From Bacillota bacterium (GTDB lineage: Bacteria > Bacillota > Limnochordia > DTU087), in the NCBI GenBank assembly GCA_012518905.1, contig JAAYRF010000008.1, forward strand, positions 1 through 60,114: a stretch of 60,114 bases of DNA, written 5' to 3'. Made by a program: the position numbers and the translations under genes. A model generated the notes under the pieces. It was not told the origin of the DNA. It saw nothing but the letters and a program-made list of their open reading frames with translations, and did no database searches. Of this stretch, positions 1-11,229 are shown in pieces; the first letter of the stretch is position 1; every line of letters begins with the position of its first letter.

Positions 1-41
1 CCACATACCGGACACCTGCCCACAACCTGCCTTCCTTCCAT
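1..41 (-). CDS. 5' end of an unidentified gene running off the left edge (MEGRQVVGRCPVC...)
   Basis: ATG at 41-39 is preceded by a GAGGTGA SD about 4 nt upstream and by a TTGACT-17-TATAAT promoter at 105-133. Only 13 codons are visible. Confidence 0.3.
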   Translation of the reverse strand, partial: MEGRQVVGRCPVC

Positions 42-104
42 GTTTTCACCTCGACCTTCATAAATGTTCATTGATACATTAATATTGTTAAGGTCTCACC
101 TTGA

Positions 105-133
105 ATTATATGCATTCCAGCAGTAGGAGTCAA
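105..133 (-). promoter_or_regulatory. sigma-A type promoter (TTGACT - 17 nt - TATAAT) reading leftwards
   Basis: The reverse complement of 128-133 is TTGACT and of 105-110 is TATAAT, with an exact 17-nt spacer. It lies just downstream of the uvrC terminator. Confidence 0.6.
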
Positions 134-169
134 TAGGAAAAGTGCCCAAAAACTGGAGGGTTTGGCACC

Positions 170-195
170 AAAAAAGGGGATCCGTACAGATCCCC
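170..195 (-). terminator. rho-independent terminator of uvrC
   Basis: The minus strand reads GGGGATC-tgtacg-GATCCCC followed by TTTTTT, about 30 nt after the uvrC stop. Confidence 0.8.
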
Positions 196-226
196 GGGCA
201 AATAGTGTCTGCCTTAACTGCAACTG

Positions 227-2113
227 CTAATCTATCCTCAGTTCCTGATGAATCCGTTGGGCTACTACTTCGGGAAGCCCAGGCACCTTAAGGAGCTCAT
301 CCAGGGAAGCTGTCCGCACACCTTGTACGGAGCCAAAATGGCGAATGAGCTGTTTCTTCCTCTTGGGGCCAACCCCAGGGATCTCGTCCAAAATAGAGCG
401 GGTTGTCCGCTTTGCCCGAAGATGTCTGTGGTAGGTGAGGGCAAAGCGATGGGCTTCATCTCTAAGCCGCTGTAGCATATACAGGGCCTGGGAGTCCCTG
501 GGGAGCTCCACCGGGTCTGGCCTGCCTTCTATATAGACCTCTTCCAGACGCTCTGCCAAACCCAAGGTAAAGATATCCTCTACACCTAAGTCCCTCATGA
601 TCTCCCGGACGATACCTAACTGCCCTTTCCCACCGTCTATGAGGACCAGTTGAGGTTTTTGGGCAAATCCGCCTTGGACCTCCGTCGTCAGTTTCTCGGG
701 ACCCCGGGCGAATCGGCGGCGAATCACTTCTCCCATCATGGCATAGTCATCGGGAGTATCCTTGCAGCGAATTCTAAAGCGACGGTATTCCGCCGGTGCT
801 GGCTCCCCTTCCAGAAAAACAACCATGGAGCCCACTGCTTCCGTGCCCTGGATATTGGAAATATCGAAAGCTTCAATGCGATGTGGAATGCCATCGAGAC
901 CCAAACATGACTGAAGCTCCTCCAAACCTTGCTGCCGTCGGGCCTGCTCTCTTTTCTCGCGGTTGATCCGTTCATCCAAAACTAGCTGTGCGTTCTTCTG
1001 CACCATCTCCATCAAGCGCCTTTTTTCGCCTCGTTGGGGAACCCGTAGGTATACCTTGGAGCCCCGCTGTTCCGTCAACCAGTTCCCAACTACCTCGGGC
1101 TCCTCGAGCGGCTCCGGTAGTAAGACCTCCTTGGGAACAAAAGTGGCTGTAGCATAGTATTGCTCTACAAAGGCAGTTATGATCTCACTTCCGGCTTCTT
1201 TGATAGGAGCATCTAGGAAGAAGTGCTCATTGCCAATGATTTTGCCACTGCGCACGAAGAACACCTGGACACACGCCAGGTTCTCCACCCGGGCATAGCC
1301 GATAATATCCTGGTCTATGTTATCCAGGGAGACGATTTTCTGCTTCTCCACAACCGCTGCCAAGGCTTGGATCTGATCCCGCAGTTTGGCTGCCTCCTCA
1401 AACCGCAAATCCTGAGCAGCCTCCTCCATACGCATCTTCATCTGCTCCAAGAGCCGTCCATGCCGTCCTTCTAGAACCATCATTACCTCATCGATCATTG
1501 CCCTATAGACCTCTTGACTGATTAGCTGGGCACATGGCGCTTGGCAGCGTTGGATGTGATAATTTAGGCAAGGACGGTCGCCGGCTCCTTCCAGACCAAT
1601 GTCCCGCTTGCAGGTCCTAATAGGAAAAATCCGCTGCAAGAATCTAACAGTCTGCCTTACCGCTTGAGCGTTAGTATATGGCCCAAAATACCGGGAGCCG
1701 TCCTTAGGTGTTCTCCGTACAATCACCACCCGGGGAAAGGGCTCCTGGAGAGTGACTTTGACATAGGGATAACTCTTGTCATCTTTGAGGCGAATATTAT
1801 ACCATGGCTCATGTTCCTTGATGAGATTACACTCTAGGATGAGAGCTTCGACTTCCGAATCGGTGACAATGTACTCAAAATCAACGATATGATCCACCAA
1901 AGCAGCTACCTTAGGGGAGCTGTGACGCCCCGCCTGAAAGTAAGAGCGCACCCGGTTACGCAGAGAAACTGCCTTACCCACATATATAATCTCTTCGGCA
2001 TCATTCTTCATCAAATATACGCCAGGCTTTGTAGGTAAGAGTCTCAACTTTTCTTCTATATTAGCGGTGATTACATCGGATGCATCAGTAACCATGGGCA
2101 AGGGTTCCTCCAC
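227..2113 (-). CDS. uvrC: excinuclease ABC subunit C
   Basis: 628-aa ORF with an N-terminal GIY-YIG region ([19 protein letters not shown]), a UVR-like helix ([15 protein letters not shown]) and a C-terminal HhH region. The start is uncertain: GTG at 2113 or ATG at 2095. Confidence 0.95.
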   Translation of the reverse strand: MEEPLPMVTDASDVITANIEEKLRLLPTKPGVYLMKNDAEEIIYVGKAVSLRNRVRSYFQAGRHSSPKVAALVDHIVDFEYIVTDSEVEALILECNLIKEHEPWYNIRLKDDKSYPYVKVTLQEPFPRVVIVRRTPKDGSRYFGPYTNAQAVRQTVRFLQRIFPIRTCKRDIGLEGAGDRPCLNYHIQRCQAPCAQLISQEVYRAMIDEVMMVLEGRHGRLLEQMKMRMEEAAQDLRFEEAAKLRDQIQALAAVVEKQKIVSLDNIDQDIIGYARVENLACVQVFFVRSGKIIGNEHFFLDAPIKEAGSEIITAFVEQYYATATFVPKEVLLPEPLEEPEVVGNWLTEQRGSKVYLRVPQRGEKRRLMEMVQKNAQLVLDERINREKREQARRQQGLEELQSCLGLDGIPHRIEAFDISNIQGTEAVGSMVVFLEGEPAPAEYRRFRIRCKDTPDDYAMMGEVIRRRFARGPEKLTTEVQGGFAQKPQLVLIDGGKGQLGIVREIMRDLGVEDIFTLGLAERLEEVYIEGRPDPVELPRDSQALYMLQRLRDEAHRFALTYHRHLRAKRTTRSILDEIPGVGPKRKKQLIRHFGSVQGVRTASLDELLKVPGLPEVVAQRIHQELRID

Positions 2114-4976
2114 TGATCTTTAACTCCTGCTCCTTTATGATATCGGGTTCGGCTAGTCCACTGCTAAGCACCCTTTGAAGGAATTGCCCGGTATAAGAAG
2201 CGGGGTTCGCTGCTACTTCTTCCGGGGTCCCGCAGGCAATCACCTGACCGCCTCGATCGCCGCCCTCAGGGCCGAGATCGATGATATAATCGGCCGTCTT
2301 AATCACATCGAGATTATGCTCGATAACTATCACTGTATCACCTGCGTCCACCAGCCGCTGCAGCACAGCCAGCAGCTTCTTAATGTCATCCACATGGAGG
2401 CCGGTAGTGGGCTCATCTAGGATATAAAGGGTCTTACCATTACTGCGTCGACTGAGCTCTGTGGCCAGCTTTACCCGCTGAGCCTCTCCGCCGGAAAGCT
2501 GCGGCGCCGGTTGGCCCAGCTCCATATAGCCCAACCCTACATCGTAGAGGGTCTCCAATCTACGCCGAATCCTAGGAATATTCTTGAAAAACTCCAACGC
2601 GTCTTCCACCCGCATGGATAGAATATCGGCGATGTTTTTACCTTTATATCTAATCTCCAATGTCTCTCGATTATATCGCTTGCCTCTGCAAACTTCGCAC
2701 GGCACATATACATCGGGCAGAAAGTGCATCTCGATCTTGATAATGCCGTCCCCTCGGCAAGCTTCACATCGGCCTCCTTTGACATTAAAGCTAAACCTGC
2801 CCGGCTTATATCCCCGGGCCCTGGCCTCAGGAGTCTGGGAAAATATCTGCCTAATACCATCAAAGGCACCGGTATAGGTGGCGGGGTTAGAGCGAGGTGT
2901 ACGCCCAATGGGCGATTGGTCTATGTTAATTACCTTCTCCAGATTCTCCACACCTAAAACATCTGTATGAGCACCGGGAATAACCGATGATCGATGCAGC
3001 TGCGAGGCTAAGGCTTTATGCAGAATCTCATTTACTAAAGTGCTCTTGCCTGAACCCGACACCCCGGTGACACATGTGAACACCCCTAAGGGGAACTTAA
3101 CATCTATTTCCTTCAGATTATGCTCCCGTGCTCCCAGTACCTCCACCATACTCCCATTACTTTGTCGGCGCTTGGATGGGATAGGGATGCGCTTTTTGCC
3201 CACAAGATACTGACCAGTAATGGAGCGGGGACAGTCCATGACATCCTGCAGAGTCCCTGCCGCAACGATCTCTCCACCGTGGGCGCCGGCTCCAGGCCCG
3301 ATATCCACAACGTAATCGGCTTCCCGCACCGTCTCCTCATCATGCTCTACTACGATAACCGTGTTGCCTAGATCTCTTAGACCTCTCAGAGTATCGAGAA
3401 GTCGTCTGTTATCCCGTTGGTGCAAACCGATGCTGGGCTCATCAAGGATATACAATACCCCCACTAGGCTGGATCCAATCTGAGTAGCCAGGCGAATCCG
3501 CTGGGCTTCGCCCCCGGACAAAGTCCCCGCGGTGCGATCGAGAGTCAAGTAATCCAGCCCAACATTAACCAGAAATCCAAGCCTCTCTCTGATCTCCTTA
3601 AGGACCTGCCTTGCGATGAGTTCTTCCCTGTCACTTAGGCGCAAGTTGTTGAAGAAAGCCAAGGCCTCCCTTACCGGTAAAGCGGTGACGGAGTGGATAT
3701 TCTGTCCACCCACAGTTACGGCCAAACTCTCAGGCTTTAGTCTTGCGCCTTTGCAGTCCTGGCAGGGAATATAACTCATAAACTGCTCCACTTCGTTTCG
3801 AACATACTCCGATGTGGATTCTCGAAACCGTCGTTCCAGACTGGGTACAATCCCCTCGAACCTAACATCAAAGGTGCGGGTGCGGCCTGCCTGATTCGTG
3901 TAGGGAAAGCTGACTTTGGCGTCTCCTAGACCCCATAGTAGTATCTGTCGCTGTTTAGCAGTGAGTTCGCCAATGGGCCTTTCCGGATCGATACTGCAAG
4001 TTCTGCAGACTGCCTCCACAATACCAGCTATCCATTTGCTGGAAGTCTCGGCCCATGGCACAATCCCCCCCTCGGCAATACTGCGGCTGGTATCTAGAAC
4101 CAGATCGGGGTTGATCTCCATCCTTGTACCCAAACCATCGCAGGTCGGGCAAGCCCCGTAGGGGCTGTTAAAGGAAAACATCCTGGGGCTTAGTTCATCA
4201 AAACTGATGCCGCACTCTACACAAGCAAATCGCTCGCTAAACAAGATCTCGTTACCATCGAGGGTGTCTATGAGGACGGTACCTTCCGCCCGGTCCACGG
4301 CGATCTCAATGGAATCGGCCAAGCGATTCTCAACTCCCGAGCGCAGGATAATCCGATCAACCACTATCTCAATATCATGCTTCTTGTTCTTATCCAAATC
4401 AATGGAATCTGTCACTTCATGGAGCTCACCATCGACCCGAACCCGAACAAAACCATCCCGCCGAATATCCTCTAAAAGTTTCTTATACTCGCCTTTTCTA
4501 CCTCTGACCACCGGTGCCAAAATCTGCAATCTGGTACCTTCCGGCAGCTCTAAGATCTGATCTACCATCTGTTCCACTGTTTGCTGGGCGATGGAGCGCC
4601 CGCAGTTATAGCAGTGGGGATGCCCTACCCGGGCATAGAGCAATCGCAAGTAATCATAGATCTCAGTAACCGTCCCCACCGTGGAGCGAGGATTCTTGCT
4701 GGTAGTTCTCTGGTCGATGGAAATCGCCGGCGATAACCCCTCGATAAAATCCACATCGGGCTTATCCATCTGTCCCAAGAATTGCCGAGCATAAGCAGAT
4801 AAGGACTCAACGTATCGCCTCTGTCCCTCAGCATAGATAGTATCGAAGGCCAGAGAGGACTTGCCGGAGCCACTCAGCCCTGTAAAGACCACTAACTGGT
4901 CTCTGGGAATAATCACATTTACATTCTTAAGATTATGCTGTCTAGCACCTTGTACAACTATATGTTCCTTGGTCAA
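2085..4976 (-). CDS. uvrA: excinuclease ABC subunit A
   Basis: Two ABC ATPase modules ([23 protein letters not shown]; [11 protein letters not shown]) and zinc-finger CxxC pairs. I prefer the TTG at 4976 (GAGGAGG SD 7 nt upstream, giving [19 protein letters not shown]). The longest ORF extends to the ATG at 5027. Confidence 0.93.
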   Translation of the reverse strand: MTKEHIVVQGARQHNLKNVNVIIPRDQLVVFTGLSGSGKSSLAFDTIYAEGQRRYVESLSAYARQFLGQMDKPDVDFIEGLSPAISIDQRTTSKNPRSTVGTVTEIYDYLRLLYARVGHPHCYNCGRSIAQQTVEQMVDQILELPEGTRLQILAPVVRGRKGEYKKLLEDIRRDGFVRVRVDGELHEVTDSIDLDKNKKHDIEIVVDRIILRSGVENRLADSIEIAVDRAEGTVLIDTLDGNEILFSERFACVECGISFDELSPRMFSFNSPYGACPTCDGLGTRMEINPDLVLDTSRSIAEGGIVPWAETSSKWIAGIVEAVCRTCSIDPERPIGELTAKQRQILLWGLGDAKVSFPYTNQAGRTRTFDVRFEGIVPSLERRFRESTSEYVRNEVEQFMSYIPCQDCKGARLKPESLAVTVGGQNIHSVTALPVREALAFFNNLRLSDREELIARQVLKEIRERLGFLVNVGLDYLTLDRTAGTLSGGEAQRIRLATQIGSSLVGVLYILDEPSIGLHQRDNRRLLDTLRGLRDLGNTVIVVEHDEETVREADYVVDIGPGAGAHGGEIVAAGTLQDVMDCPRSITGQYLVGKKRIPIPSKRRQSNGSMVEVLGAREHNLKEIDVKFPLGVFTCVTGVSGSGKSTLVNEILHKALASQLHRSSVIPGAHTDVLGVENLEKVINIDQSPIGRTPRSNPATYTGAFDGIRQIFSQTPEARARGYKPGRFSFNVKGGRCEACRGDGIIKIEMHFLPDVYVPCEVCRGKRYNRETLEIRYKGKNIADILSMRVEDALEFFKNIPRIRRRLETLYDVGLGYMELGQPAPQLSGGEAQRVKLATELSRRSNGKTLYILDEPTTGLHVDDIKKLLAVLQRLVDAGDTVIVIEHNLDVIKTADYIIDLGPEGGDRGGQVIACGTPEEVAANPASYTGQFLQRVLSSGLAEPDIIKEQELKISGGTLAHGY

Positions 4977-5016
4977 AGGAGTAACCTCCTCGCGATTGCG
5001 GTTGGCTATTCGGGTC

Positions 5017-7023
5017 TTAGCCGGCAAAACCTACCAGTTCCTTACGGAGCGCAGCTATCTCATCTCGCAGCTCTGCCGCACGCTCGAACTCCAGTGCTTC
5101 CGCGGCCTTATACATCTCTTCCTCTAACTTGCCTATATGGGCTGCCAATTTCTCCGGTGGCAACTGGATAGAAGGAGTTTTGCCCTTGCCAGTTTGATAT
5201 TCAGCCACGGTCTCCGCTGCTCCTACCGCCTGAGCCAGATCTTGAACGGCCTTGCGAATAGTAGCCGGAGTGATGCCATGTTCCTTATTGTAGTCTATCT
5301 GAATCTTTCTGCGGCGATCTGTTTCGTCGATGGCCCGTCGCATGGAATTGGTAATCTCATCGGCATACATGATAACTCTACCATTGACATTCCGAGCTGC
5401 CCGCCCGATGGTCTGGATGAGGGAAGTCTCTGATCTCAAAAAGCCTTCCTTATCTGCATCCAAAATGGCAACCAAAGATACCTCAGGCAAATCTAGGCCC
5501 TCTCGCAAGAGATTGATGCCTACAAGCACATCAAACTCCCCTAAACGGAGATCTCGAATGATCTCAATTCTTTCTAGAGTCTCTATCTCTGAATGTAGGT
5601 ATTTGACCTTTAGACCCATATCGATAAGATAATCCGATAAATCCTCTGCCATCCTAATCGTCAAAGTAGTCACTAGCACCCGCTCACCCCGGGCCACAAC
5701 TTCCCGAATCGCGGCAATCAGATCGTCTACCTGCCCCTTCACTGGCCGCACACTGATCTTTGGATCAACCAAACCCGTGGGCCGAATAATCTGTTCCACT
5801 ATCTGTTCACTCCGTTGTCTCTCATAGCGACCAGGAGTAGCCGAAAGATAGATAACTTGATTTACCCGATCTTCAAATTCGTCAAAACGCAACGGACGAT
5901 TGTCCAGCGCCGATGGTAACCTAAACCCATGGGCTACCAAAGTCTCTTTCCGGGATCGGTCACCGGCATACATGGCTCCTACCTGAGGAATAGTCATATG
6001 AGACTCATCAATGACAATCAAGTAATCCCCGGGAAAATAGTCCAATAGGGTGGCAGGAGCTTCACCGGGACCTCTGCCGGCCAAGTGCCGAGAGTAGTTT
6101 TCCACACCGGGGCAATATCCTACCTCCTGCAACATTTCCAAATCGTAATTGGTCCGCTGCTCCAATCTCTGAGCCTCTAGCAGCTGGCCCTTGGATCTAA
6201 AATAAGCTAGGCGCTCCTGAAGCTCTTCTTCAATGGAGGCTATCGCCCGCTTAATCTTATCTTCTGAAGTCACAAAGTGATTAGCTGGGTATATTGTAAT
6301 GGAATCAAGCTCACCGAGAATCTCGCCGGTGATCGGATCAAGCTCAATGAGCCGATCAACCTCATCTCCGAAAAGCTCGATCCTAATTACGTTCTCGTTG
6401 TATACGGGAATGATCTCTATCACGTCTCCCCGTACACGGAACGTCCCCCGGGTAAAGCCTATATCGTTGCGATGATATTGAATCCCCACCAGACGACGTA
6501 GGATCTTGTCACGGTCGCGAAAATCCCCATGCTGCAACGACAATGTCATGCCCACATAATCTTCCGGAGAACCTAGACCGTATATGCACGATACACTGGC
6601 CACAATAATTACATCTCTCCGTTCAAAAAGAGCACTGGTGGCAGCGTGTCGTAAACGATCGATCTCATCATTAATCGAAGCGTCTTTCTCTATATAGGTA
6701 TCGGTCTTCGGTACGTAGGCTTCCGGCTGATAGTAATCGTAATAACTGACAAAATAGTGAACGGCATTGTGGGGAAAGAACTGGCGAAACTCGCTGCATA
6801 GTTGAGCCGCAAGGGTCTTGTTATGCGCGATGACCAAAGTCGGCTTCTGTACTCGGGCGATAACCTGGGCCAAGGTGAAAGTCTTGCCAGTACCTGTAGC
6901 TCCCAGCAACGTCTGCTCCCGCATACTGGCCTGTATACCGGCGACTAATGCATCAATTGCCTCCGGTTGGTCTCCGGCCGGATCAAAGTCAGATACCACT
7001 TGAAATGGTCGGTCTTTGGTCAT
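5017..7023 (-). CDS. uvrB: excinuclease ABC subunit B
   Basis: Helicase motifs [10 protein letters not shown] and VIDESH, plus a C-terminal UVR domain ([17 protein letters not shown]). The ATG at 7023 has an AAGGAGTG SD 7 nt upstream. The ORF-track start at 7095 adds 24 unlikely residues. Confidence 0.95.
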   Translation of the reverse strand: MTKDRPFQVVSDFDPAGDQPEAIDALVAGIQASMREQTLLGATGTGKTFTLAQVIARVQKPTLVIAHNKTLAAQLCSEFRQFFPHNAVHYFVSYYDYYQPEAYVPKTDTYIEKDASINDEIDRLRHAATSALFERRDVIIVASVSCIYGLGSPEDYVGMTLSLQHGDFRDRDKILRRLVGIQYHRNDIGFTRGTFRVRGDVIEIIPVYNENVIRIELFGDEVDRLIELDPITGEILGELDSITIYPANHFVTSEDKIKRAIASIEEELQERLAYFRSKGQLLEAQRLEQRTNYDLEMLQEVGYCPGVENYSRHLAGRGPGEAPATLLDYFPGDYLIVIDESHMTIPQVGAMYAGDRSRKETLVAHGFRLPSALDNRPLRFDEFEDRVNQVIYLSATPGRYERQRSEQIVEQIIRPTGLVDPKISVRPVKGQVDDLIAAIREVVARGERVLVTTLTIRMAEDLSDYLIDMGLKVKYLHSEIETLERIEIIRDLRLGEFDVLVGINLLREGLDLPEVSLVAILDADKEGFLRSETSLIQTIGRAARNVNGRVIMYADEITNSMRRAIDETDRRRKIQIDYNKEHGITPATIRKAVQDLAQAVGAAETVAEYQTGKGKTPSIQLPPEKLAAHIGKLEEEMYKAAEALEFERAAELRDEIAALRKELVGFAG

Positions 7024-7130
7024 TTGTGACCACTCCTTCTTTTTCCCCTTACCTGTCAGATCAAAACCTAGGCAAACCTGTCTGCCTGAGATCACGTTGA
7101 TAGCCTACCGGAAATCTCCGCTAGAAAATT

Positions 7131-7139
7131 ATTATACCA
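7131..7139 (-). promoter_or_regulatory. extended -10 element (TGgTATAAT) upstream of uvrB
   Basis: The reverse complement reads TGGTATAAT about 105 nt upstream of the uvrB ATG. There is no good -35. Confidence 0.45.
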
Positions 7140-7148
7140 CACAGACAC

Positions 7149-7162
7149 CAAACTATGGTTCC
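7149..7162. promoter_or_regulatory. candidate LexA/DinR (Cheo-type) box, promoter-proximal
   Basis: The minus strand reads GGAACCATAGTTTG, i.e. GAAC-N4-GTTT with one mismatch to GAAC-N4-GTTC. It sits over the -35 region of the uvrB promoter. Confidence 0.35.
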
Positions 7163-7188
7163 AGGCATCCTAGAGACCATGGTCTATG

Positions 7189-7202
7189 CGAACATATATT
7201 CC
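7189..7202. promoter_or_regulatory. candidate LexA/DinR (Cheo-type) box, distal
   Basis: CGAACATATATTCC matches the Firmicute consensus CGAACRNRYGTTYC at 13 of 14 positions. It lies about 55 nt upstream of the -10. Confidence 0.4.
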
Positions 7203-7272
7203 TTCTGCTGCGTTAGGGAAAATCCTGCTCGTTGAGACAAAAAGAATAACTACTTGAGGAAAAGCGAAACCA

Positions 7273-8478
7273 CTACCTATCAATTCGAGCGGGATCATCA
7301 CCAAAGGCGGGCTCAAAGTCAATATCCAGATGAGGTGCTGTGTCGGTAGATCCCGGCAGAGGGTCACCTATCATCATCGGTGTTGATACTATCTTAGAAG
7401 CAGGTACAATAATCACACCGGCCTCCTGGAAGCGAGGTGCCATCTCCACCAACCCTCGATACGTCTGGGGTCGAACATGGCCGATGCCCAGCGCTTGTCC
7501 ATCTTTTTGCGCCCTCTTAATCAGGCGCTCTAGCTGACTCTTAACCTTTTCTACATCATCATAATGGTCTAGAAATGCTTGGTTAGTGGCAGTAGCGACG
7601 CCCATCTCTTCCGCCAGTTCACCAGCTATGGAAGTAGGAGCTGTCCAGCTATCTATGAAATACAGGCCCCGCTTTCTCACTATCTCCAAAACGATCCCCA
7701 TAACACGTTCATCGGAGGTTGCTTTGGAGCCCATATGGTTGTTTACCCCTACGGCCCCGTCTACAGTCGCCAAAGCAGCCTCTACCCGCCTACGAATCTC
7801 GGCATCAGGTAAGTCAACGGTAATGGCTCCTTTTCCCGGTTCAATGGTGGGATTCTTCGGTTCCATGGGAAGGTGCAAGATAATCTCGTGGCCCCGCTGC
7901 CGTAGTAAAGCAACTTGCTCACTAGTCTTTGCCCTGTGAGGTAAAACAGCCGCAGTGAAAGGAATCTCCAGTGTCAAAAAATCTCGGGCAGCGGCCCAAT
8001 CATAACCCCAATCATCGATGACTATGGCCAGGCGGGGCTGAAAGCGAATGATGAGATCGGATTTCCGGGGCAGTATCCTATCCATAAAATTAAGCCCGTT
8101 GCCCTCTCCCATCCGAGAAAGGGGAGGAAGCGCACTATTGAGAAGAAAACTCCGATATTCGCCATCCCAAATGACAGGAACAGAAAGAACCGAGTTATCG
8201 TTTTCTCCCACGGGAGGCACGTCCAGTTTACGCAAAAGAGACCAATCGATACCCCACTGGTCTTGTCCCACCAGATCGCTATTCAGGCACCAGTTGCCTT
8301 CACAACCCCGAACTTGATCGCCACTCACCCTATCCAACTGAGCGGAAAGGACAGTTTGAGCATGCTGCAGCCGGGCCAGTTGGAATCCAAAGACCAAGCC
8401 CACCACTAGAACGATAATGACCAAAGCAGAAGCCAGGTAGTCTCTGTTAAGCCTGGCAACTTCCCGCATTTCCTCCAC
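7273..8478 (-). CDS. divergent polysaccharide deacetylase family protein (YibQ/DUF610-like) with an N-terminal membrane anchor
   Basis: One N-terminal TM segment (ALVIIVLVVGLVFGF), then a domain with AIVIDDWGYD and HLPMEP motifs typical of YibQ-type deacetylases. Confidence 0.8.
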   Translation of the reverse strand: MEEMREVARLNRDYLASALVIIVLVVGLVFGFQLARLQHAQTVLSAQLDRVSGDQVRGCEGNWCLNSDLVGQDQWGIDWSLLRKLDVPPVGENDNSVLSVPVIWDGEYRSFLLNSALPPLSRMGEGNGLNFMDRILPRKSDLIIRFQPRLAIVIDDWGYDWAAARDFLTLEIPFTAAVLPHRAKTSEQVALLRQRGHEIILHLPMEPKNPTIEPGKGAITVDLPDAEIRRRVEAALATVDGAVGVNNHMGSKATSDERVMGIVLEIVRKRGLYFIDSWTAPTSIAGELAEEMGVATATNQAFLDHYDDVEKVKSQLERLIKRAQKDGQALGIGHVRPQTYRGLVEMAPRFQEAGVIIVPASKIVSTPMMIGDPLPGSTDTAPHLDIDFEPAFGDDPARIDR

Positions 8479-8505
8479 TTTACCGCCACTCCTACAGGAA
8501 ATAGA

Positions 8506-9765
8506 CTACCGGCGACCCTCAAGCCACCGGGCTAAAAGTCCCTTGGACTGCAAAGAAAGAGCCCGAGGGGTATCGGCCTCCGGCACAAACACTACGCCCA
8601 AAGGGGGGATTGTTCCTTTATAGGATACTTCCCGGTTTCCTTTACCACTGATAGTGCCTGTAACCGTAAAAACGGGATCAACAATCCAAGGTAGCATTAC
8701 CTCCTGCACTTCCCGACCTGAGCTTACGGGATAGCCATTGACGTTTTGGATAACGTCACCAGGCACCAAACCCATCTGCTCCGCGGCAGACCCTCTTTGT
8801 ACAGCTAGGATCATGGCCCCTTCACTGGAGCGAAAAAGAGGAGGCGCGCACATCTCACCTCTACGACCGAGATAAATCACCAGCTCATGGCCTAAAGGTG
8901 CACCGAGAGCAGCAACCCATTTCAATATGGGCAGGTGGACTGAGCCAAGGGCCGCACCCAACAGTAACAGGCTGTACGTAGCCAGGTACATGGCAGATAA
9001 ATGAGCTTTCTGAATGGGTAGTCGAGATAGGCAAATATCGCCATAGCCTAAAGCCGCTATGATCGGAAAAAGCAAATACACAAAGGTGTCCCCTTGCCCT
9101 AAAGGCTGACTCGGCTTGATCAGGGGCCACCAATCCGGCATAGAAACCATGTCTGCTCCATCAAGCTCTCCACTCACAGCCATGAGCAGCAGGGCGAGAA
9201 TGGGCAAGGGCCAGAATTTCTGTAAAGTAAAGCCTCCCACCACCTCCCCTCCTTCTTGCCGAAGGTATATAGGGCTAGGCGCACGGTGACCGCTCAGATA
9301 GATTAAAGCAGCCTCTACCATATGCAAAACCGCAACAAGGGCCATCATAGCCGATACATTTAGGGCGGGCCAATCGAAAAGCAGGTTGGTTAAGGCCAGA
9401 AGTCCACCTGCGTAAGAGAAGCACAAAAAACGGGGATGAACAAGCATGAGCAGTAGAGCCAACGGCCAAACATACCAAAGACCAGCTTCAGATAAGGGTA
9501 TGCCGACACCGATAAATACCGCACTGGCAAAGACCCCGCCGATGAAGCCAAAGGCTAAGGACGTCTTCATCTCTGTCCAGGGATTGGTCCACGGCCGGCC
9601 CAACAAGCCAATCTCAATAATGGCCAACCGACGGTATTGCCCATATATTAACATCAACACGAGCAAAGCGGCTAAGAGAAAATCTATATTTAAGAAAGCC
9701 TGGGGGATAGAGCGACCGATCAGATGCAAGAGTTCCCAAACAGGCATCGATCGACCACCCCCCAT
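8506..9765 (-). CDS. polytopic membrane protein with a C-terminal PDZ domain (MinJ-like)
   Basis: About 300 aa of repeated hydrophobic segments followed by a PDZ-like region (GSAAEQMGLVPGDVIQNVNGYPV). It sits directly downstream of the S41 protease, as minJ/ctpB do in B. subtilis. Confidence 0.7.
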   Translation of the reverse strand: MGGGRSMPVWELLHLIGRSIPQAFLNIDFLLAALLVLMLIYGQYRRLAIIEIGLLGRPWTNPWTEMKTSLAFGFIGGVFASAVFIGVGIPLSEAGLWYVWPLALLLMLVHPRFLCFSYAGGLLALTNLLFDWPALNVSAMMALVAVLHMVEAALIYLSGHRAPSPIYLRQEGGEVVGGFTLQKFWPLPILALLLMAVSGELDGADMVSMPDWWPLIKPSQPLGQGDTFVYLLFPIIAALGYGDICLSRLPIQKAHLSAMYLATYSLLLLGAALGSVHLPILKWVAALGAPLGHELVIYLGRRGEMCAPPLFRSSEGAMILAVQRGSAAEQMGLVPGDVIQNVNGYPVSSGREVQEVMLPWIVDPVFTVTGTISGKGNREVSYKGTIPPLGVVFVPEADTPRALSLQSKGLLARWLEGRR

Positions 9766-9783
9766 ATTCTGGAATAACGTTCT

Positions 9784-11085
9784 TTAGCTGGCCTTAGGCA
9801 ACTCCCGCTCCTGCAATAGCTCTAGGGCAGCCTGTAGCTGTATGTCTTTAGATACATCCACGCCATTGCCGCCTTCTACATCGGAGGTATAGTAAGGCGG
9901 TTCTTCACCTTCCGGCAATTCCACGATTACATCGGGCATGATCCCCACCGAGTGTATATCATGACCACCTGCTGTCTGATACCGAGCCGTAGTCAAAGAA
10001 ACGGCAGACCCATCCCGGAGCGGAATTACGGTCTGCACCAGACCTTTGCCGAAGGTCTGAGCCCCGATGAGAGTAGCCATGCCTGTATCCTTGAGTGCAC
10101 CGGAGACTATCTCCGAGGCACTGGCACTGTATCCATCCACCATGACAACCATGGGATACTGCCTGCCGATATGCTGCGCAGAAGCTTCTACAGTCTGGGC
10201 TACACCGTTGCGCCCCACCACATGTAGAATTGGCCCTCCGGGAATGAACTTGTTGGCCACATCGATGGCAGCCGTCAATAGGCCCCCTGGGTTACCCCGC
10301 AAATCCAGAATCAGCGAACGCATACCCTGCTCCTCCAAAGATGCCAGAGCTTGCTCTAATTCCTGGGAAGTCCTCTCACTGAAACTCGATAACCTCACAT
10401 AGCCGACACCGTCATCAAACAGTATCTGCTTCGTCACACTACGGACTTCTATGATTTCCCTAATAATGGGTACTTCCTGAAACTCACCGTTCTTTTTGCG
10501 AATGCCCAAAATCACTTTGGCCCCCGCCTCACCCCGCATGTAGCTCACAGCTTCATCTTGGGACATATGCTTAGTCGGTTTGCCGTCAATAGACTCTATA
10601 ACGTCTCCACCTCTAAGGCCGGCATGGAAGCCCGGGGTTTGTTCAATGGGCGCCACGATAGTTAGCTTCTCGTCCCTGATGCCGACAACAATACCTATAC
10701 CTCCGTAGATACCGGTGGTATCTAGCTGCATCTGCTTGTAGGCGTAGGGTTCCAGATATCTGGTATATGGGTCGTCCAGTATTTTCAGCATGCCATTGAT
10801 GGTGCCATGGGCTACATAGCTTTTCAAAAGCTCGGTCATGCTTACAGGTTCTACATATTGTGTTTTGACCAATGCCGCAACCTCGAGTACTGTGCGTAGG
10901 TTAGAGAGCTTCCCTGCTTCGGCTCCGGCTTTTCCGTAACTAGAGCTAAACGCACCCGCAGCCAGCATGGCAACGGCAATGAGCACTAGAAGGATCTTGC
11001 GTTGTCTGGGCAAATTCCTCACCTGTCCTTCCCCAATATCTCCATATCCTATATGCTCACCGGCCCAGGGGTATGCAGTAGTCAC
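9784..11085 (-). CDS. ctpA: S41 family carboxyl-terminal processing protease
   Basis: Signal anchor, PDZ region (GLRGGDVIESIDGKP) and S41 catalytic region (LDLRGNPGGLL; VDGYSASASEIVSGAL). The exact start is uncertain because the SD at the GTG at 11085 is weak. Confidence 0.9.
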   Translation of the reverse strand: MTTAYPWAGEHIGYGDIGEGQVRNLPRQRKILLVLIAVAMLAAGAFSSSYGKAGAEAGKLSNLRTVLEVAALVKTQYVEPVSMTELLKSYVAHGTINGMLKILDDPYTRYLEPYAYKQMQLDTTGIYGGIGIVVGIRDEKLTIVAPIEQTPGFHAGLRGGDVIESIDGKPTKHMSQDEAVSYMRGEAGAKVILGIRKKNGEFQEVPIIREIIEVRSVTKQILFDDGVGYVRLSSFSERTSQELEQALASLEEQGMRSLILDLRGNPGGLLTAAIDVANKFIPGGPILHVVGRNGVAQTVEASAQHIGRQYPMVVMVDGYSASASEIVSGALKDTGMATLIGAQTFGKGLVQTVIPLRDGSAVSLTTARYQTAGGHDIHSVGIMPDVIVELPEGEEPPYYTSDVEGGNGVDVSKDIQLQAALELLQERELPKAS

Positions 11086-11133
11086 CGGCTGCCAGCAAAT
11101 AGAAGCTTAGTTACCAAGGGAAATTACTATTTC

Positions 11134-11162
11134 ATTATAGCCTAGGGGTAGGGGCAGTGCAA
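11134..11162 (-). promoter_or_regulatory. candidate promoter of the ctpA-minJ-like-yibQ unit (TTGCAC - 17 - TATAAT)
   Basis: The reverse complement of 11157-11162 is TTGCAC and of 11134-11139 is TATAAT, with a 17-nt spacer. Confidence 0.5.
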
Positions 11163-11229
11163 GCGGAGCATTTCGATGAAAGCAGGCAAGCTACCCTATT
11201 AGGACCTTGTATACTGCTCACCTGGTTGA

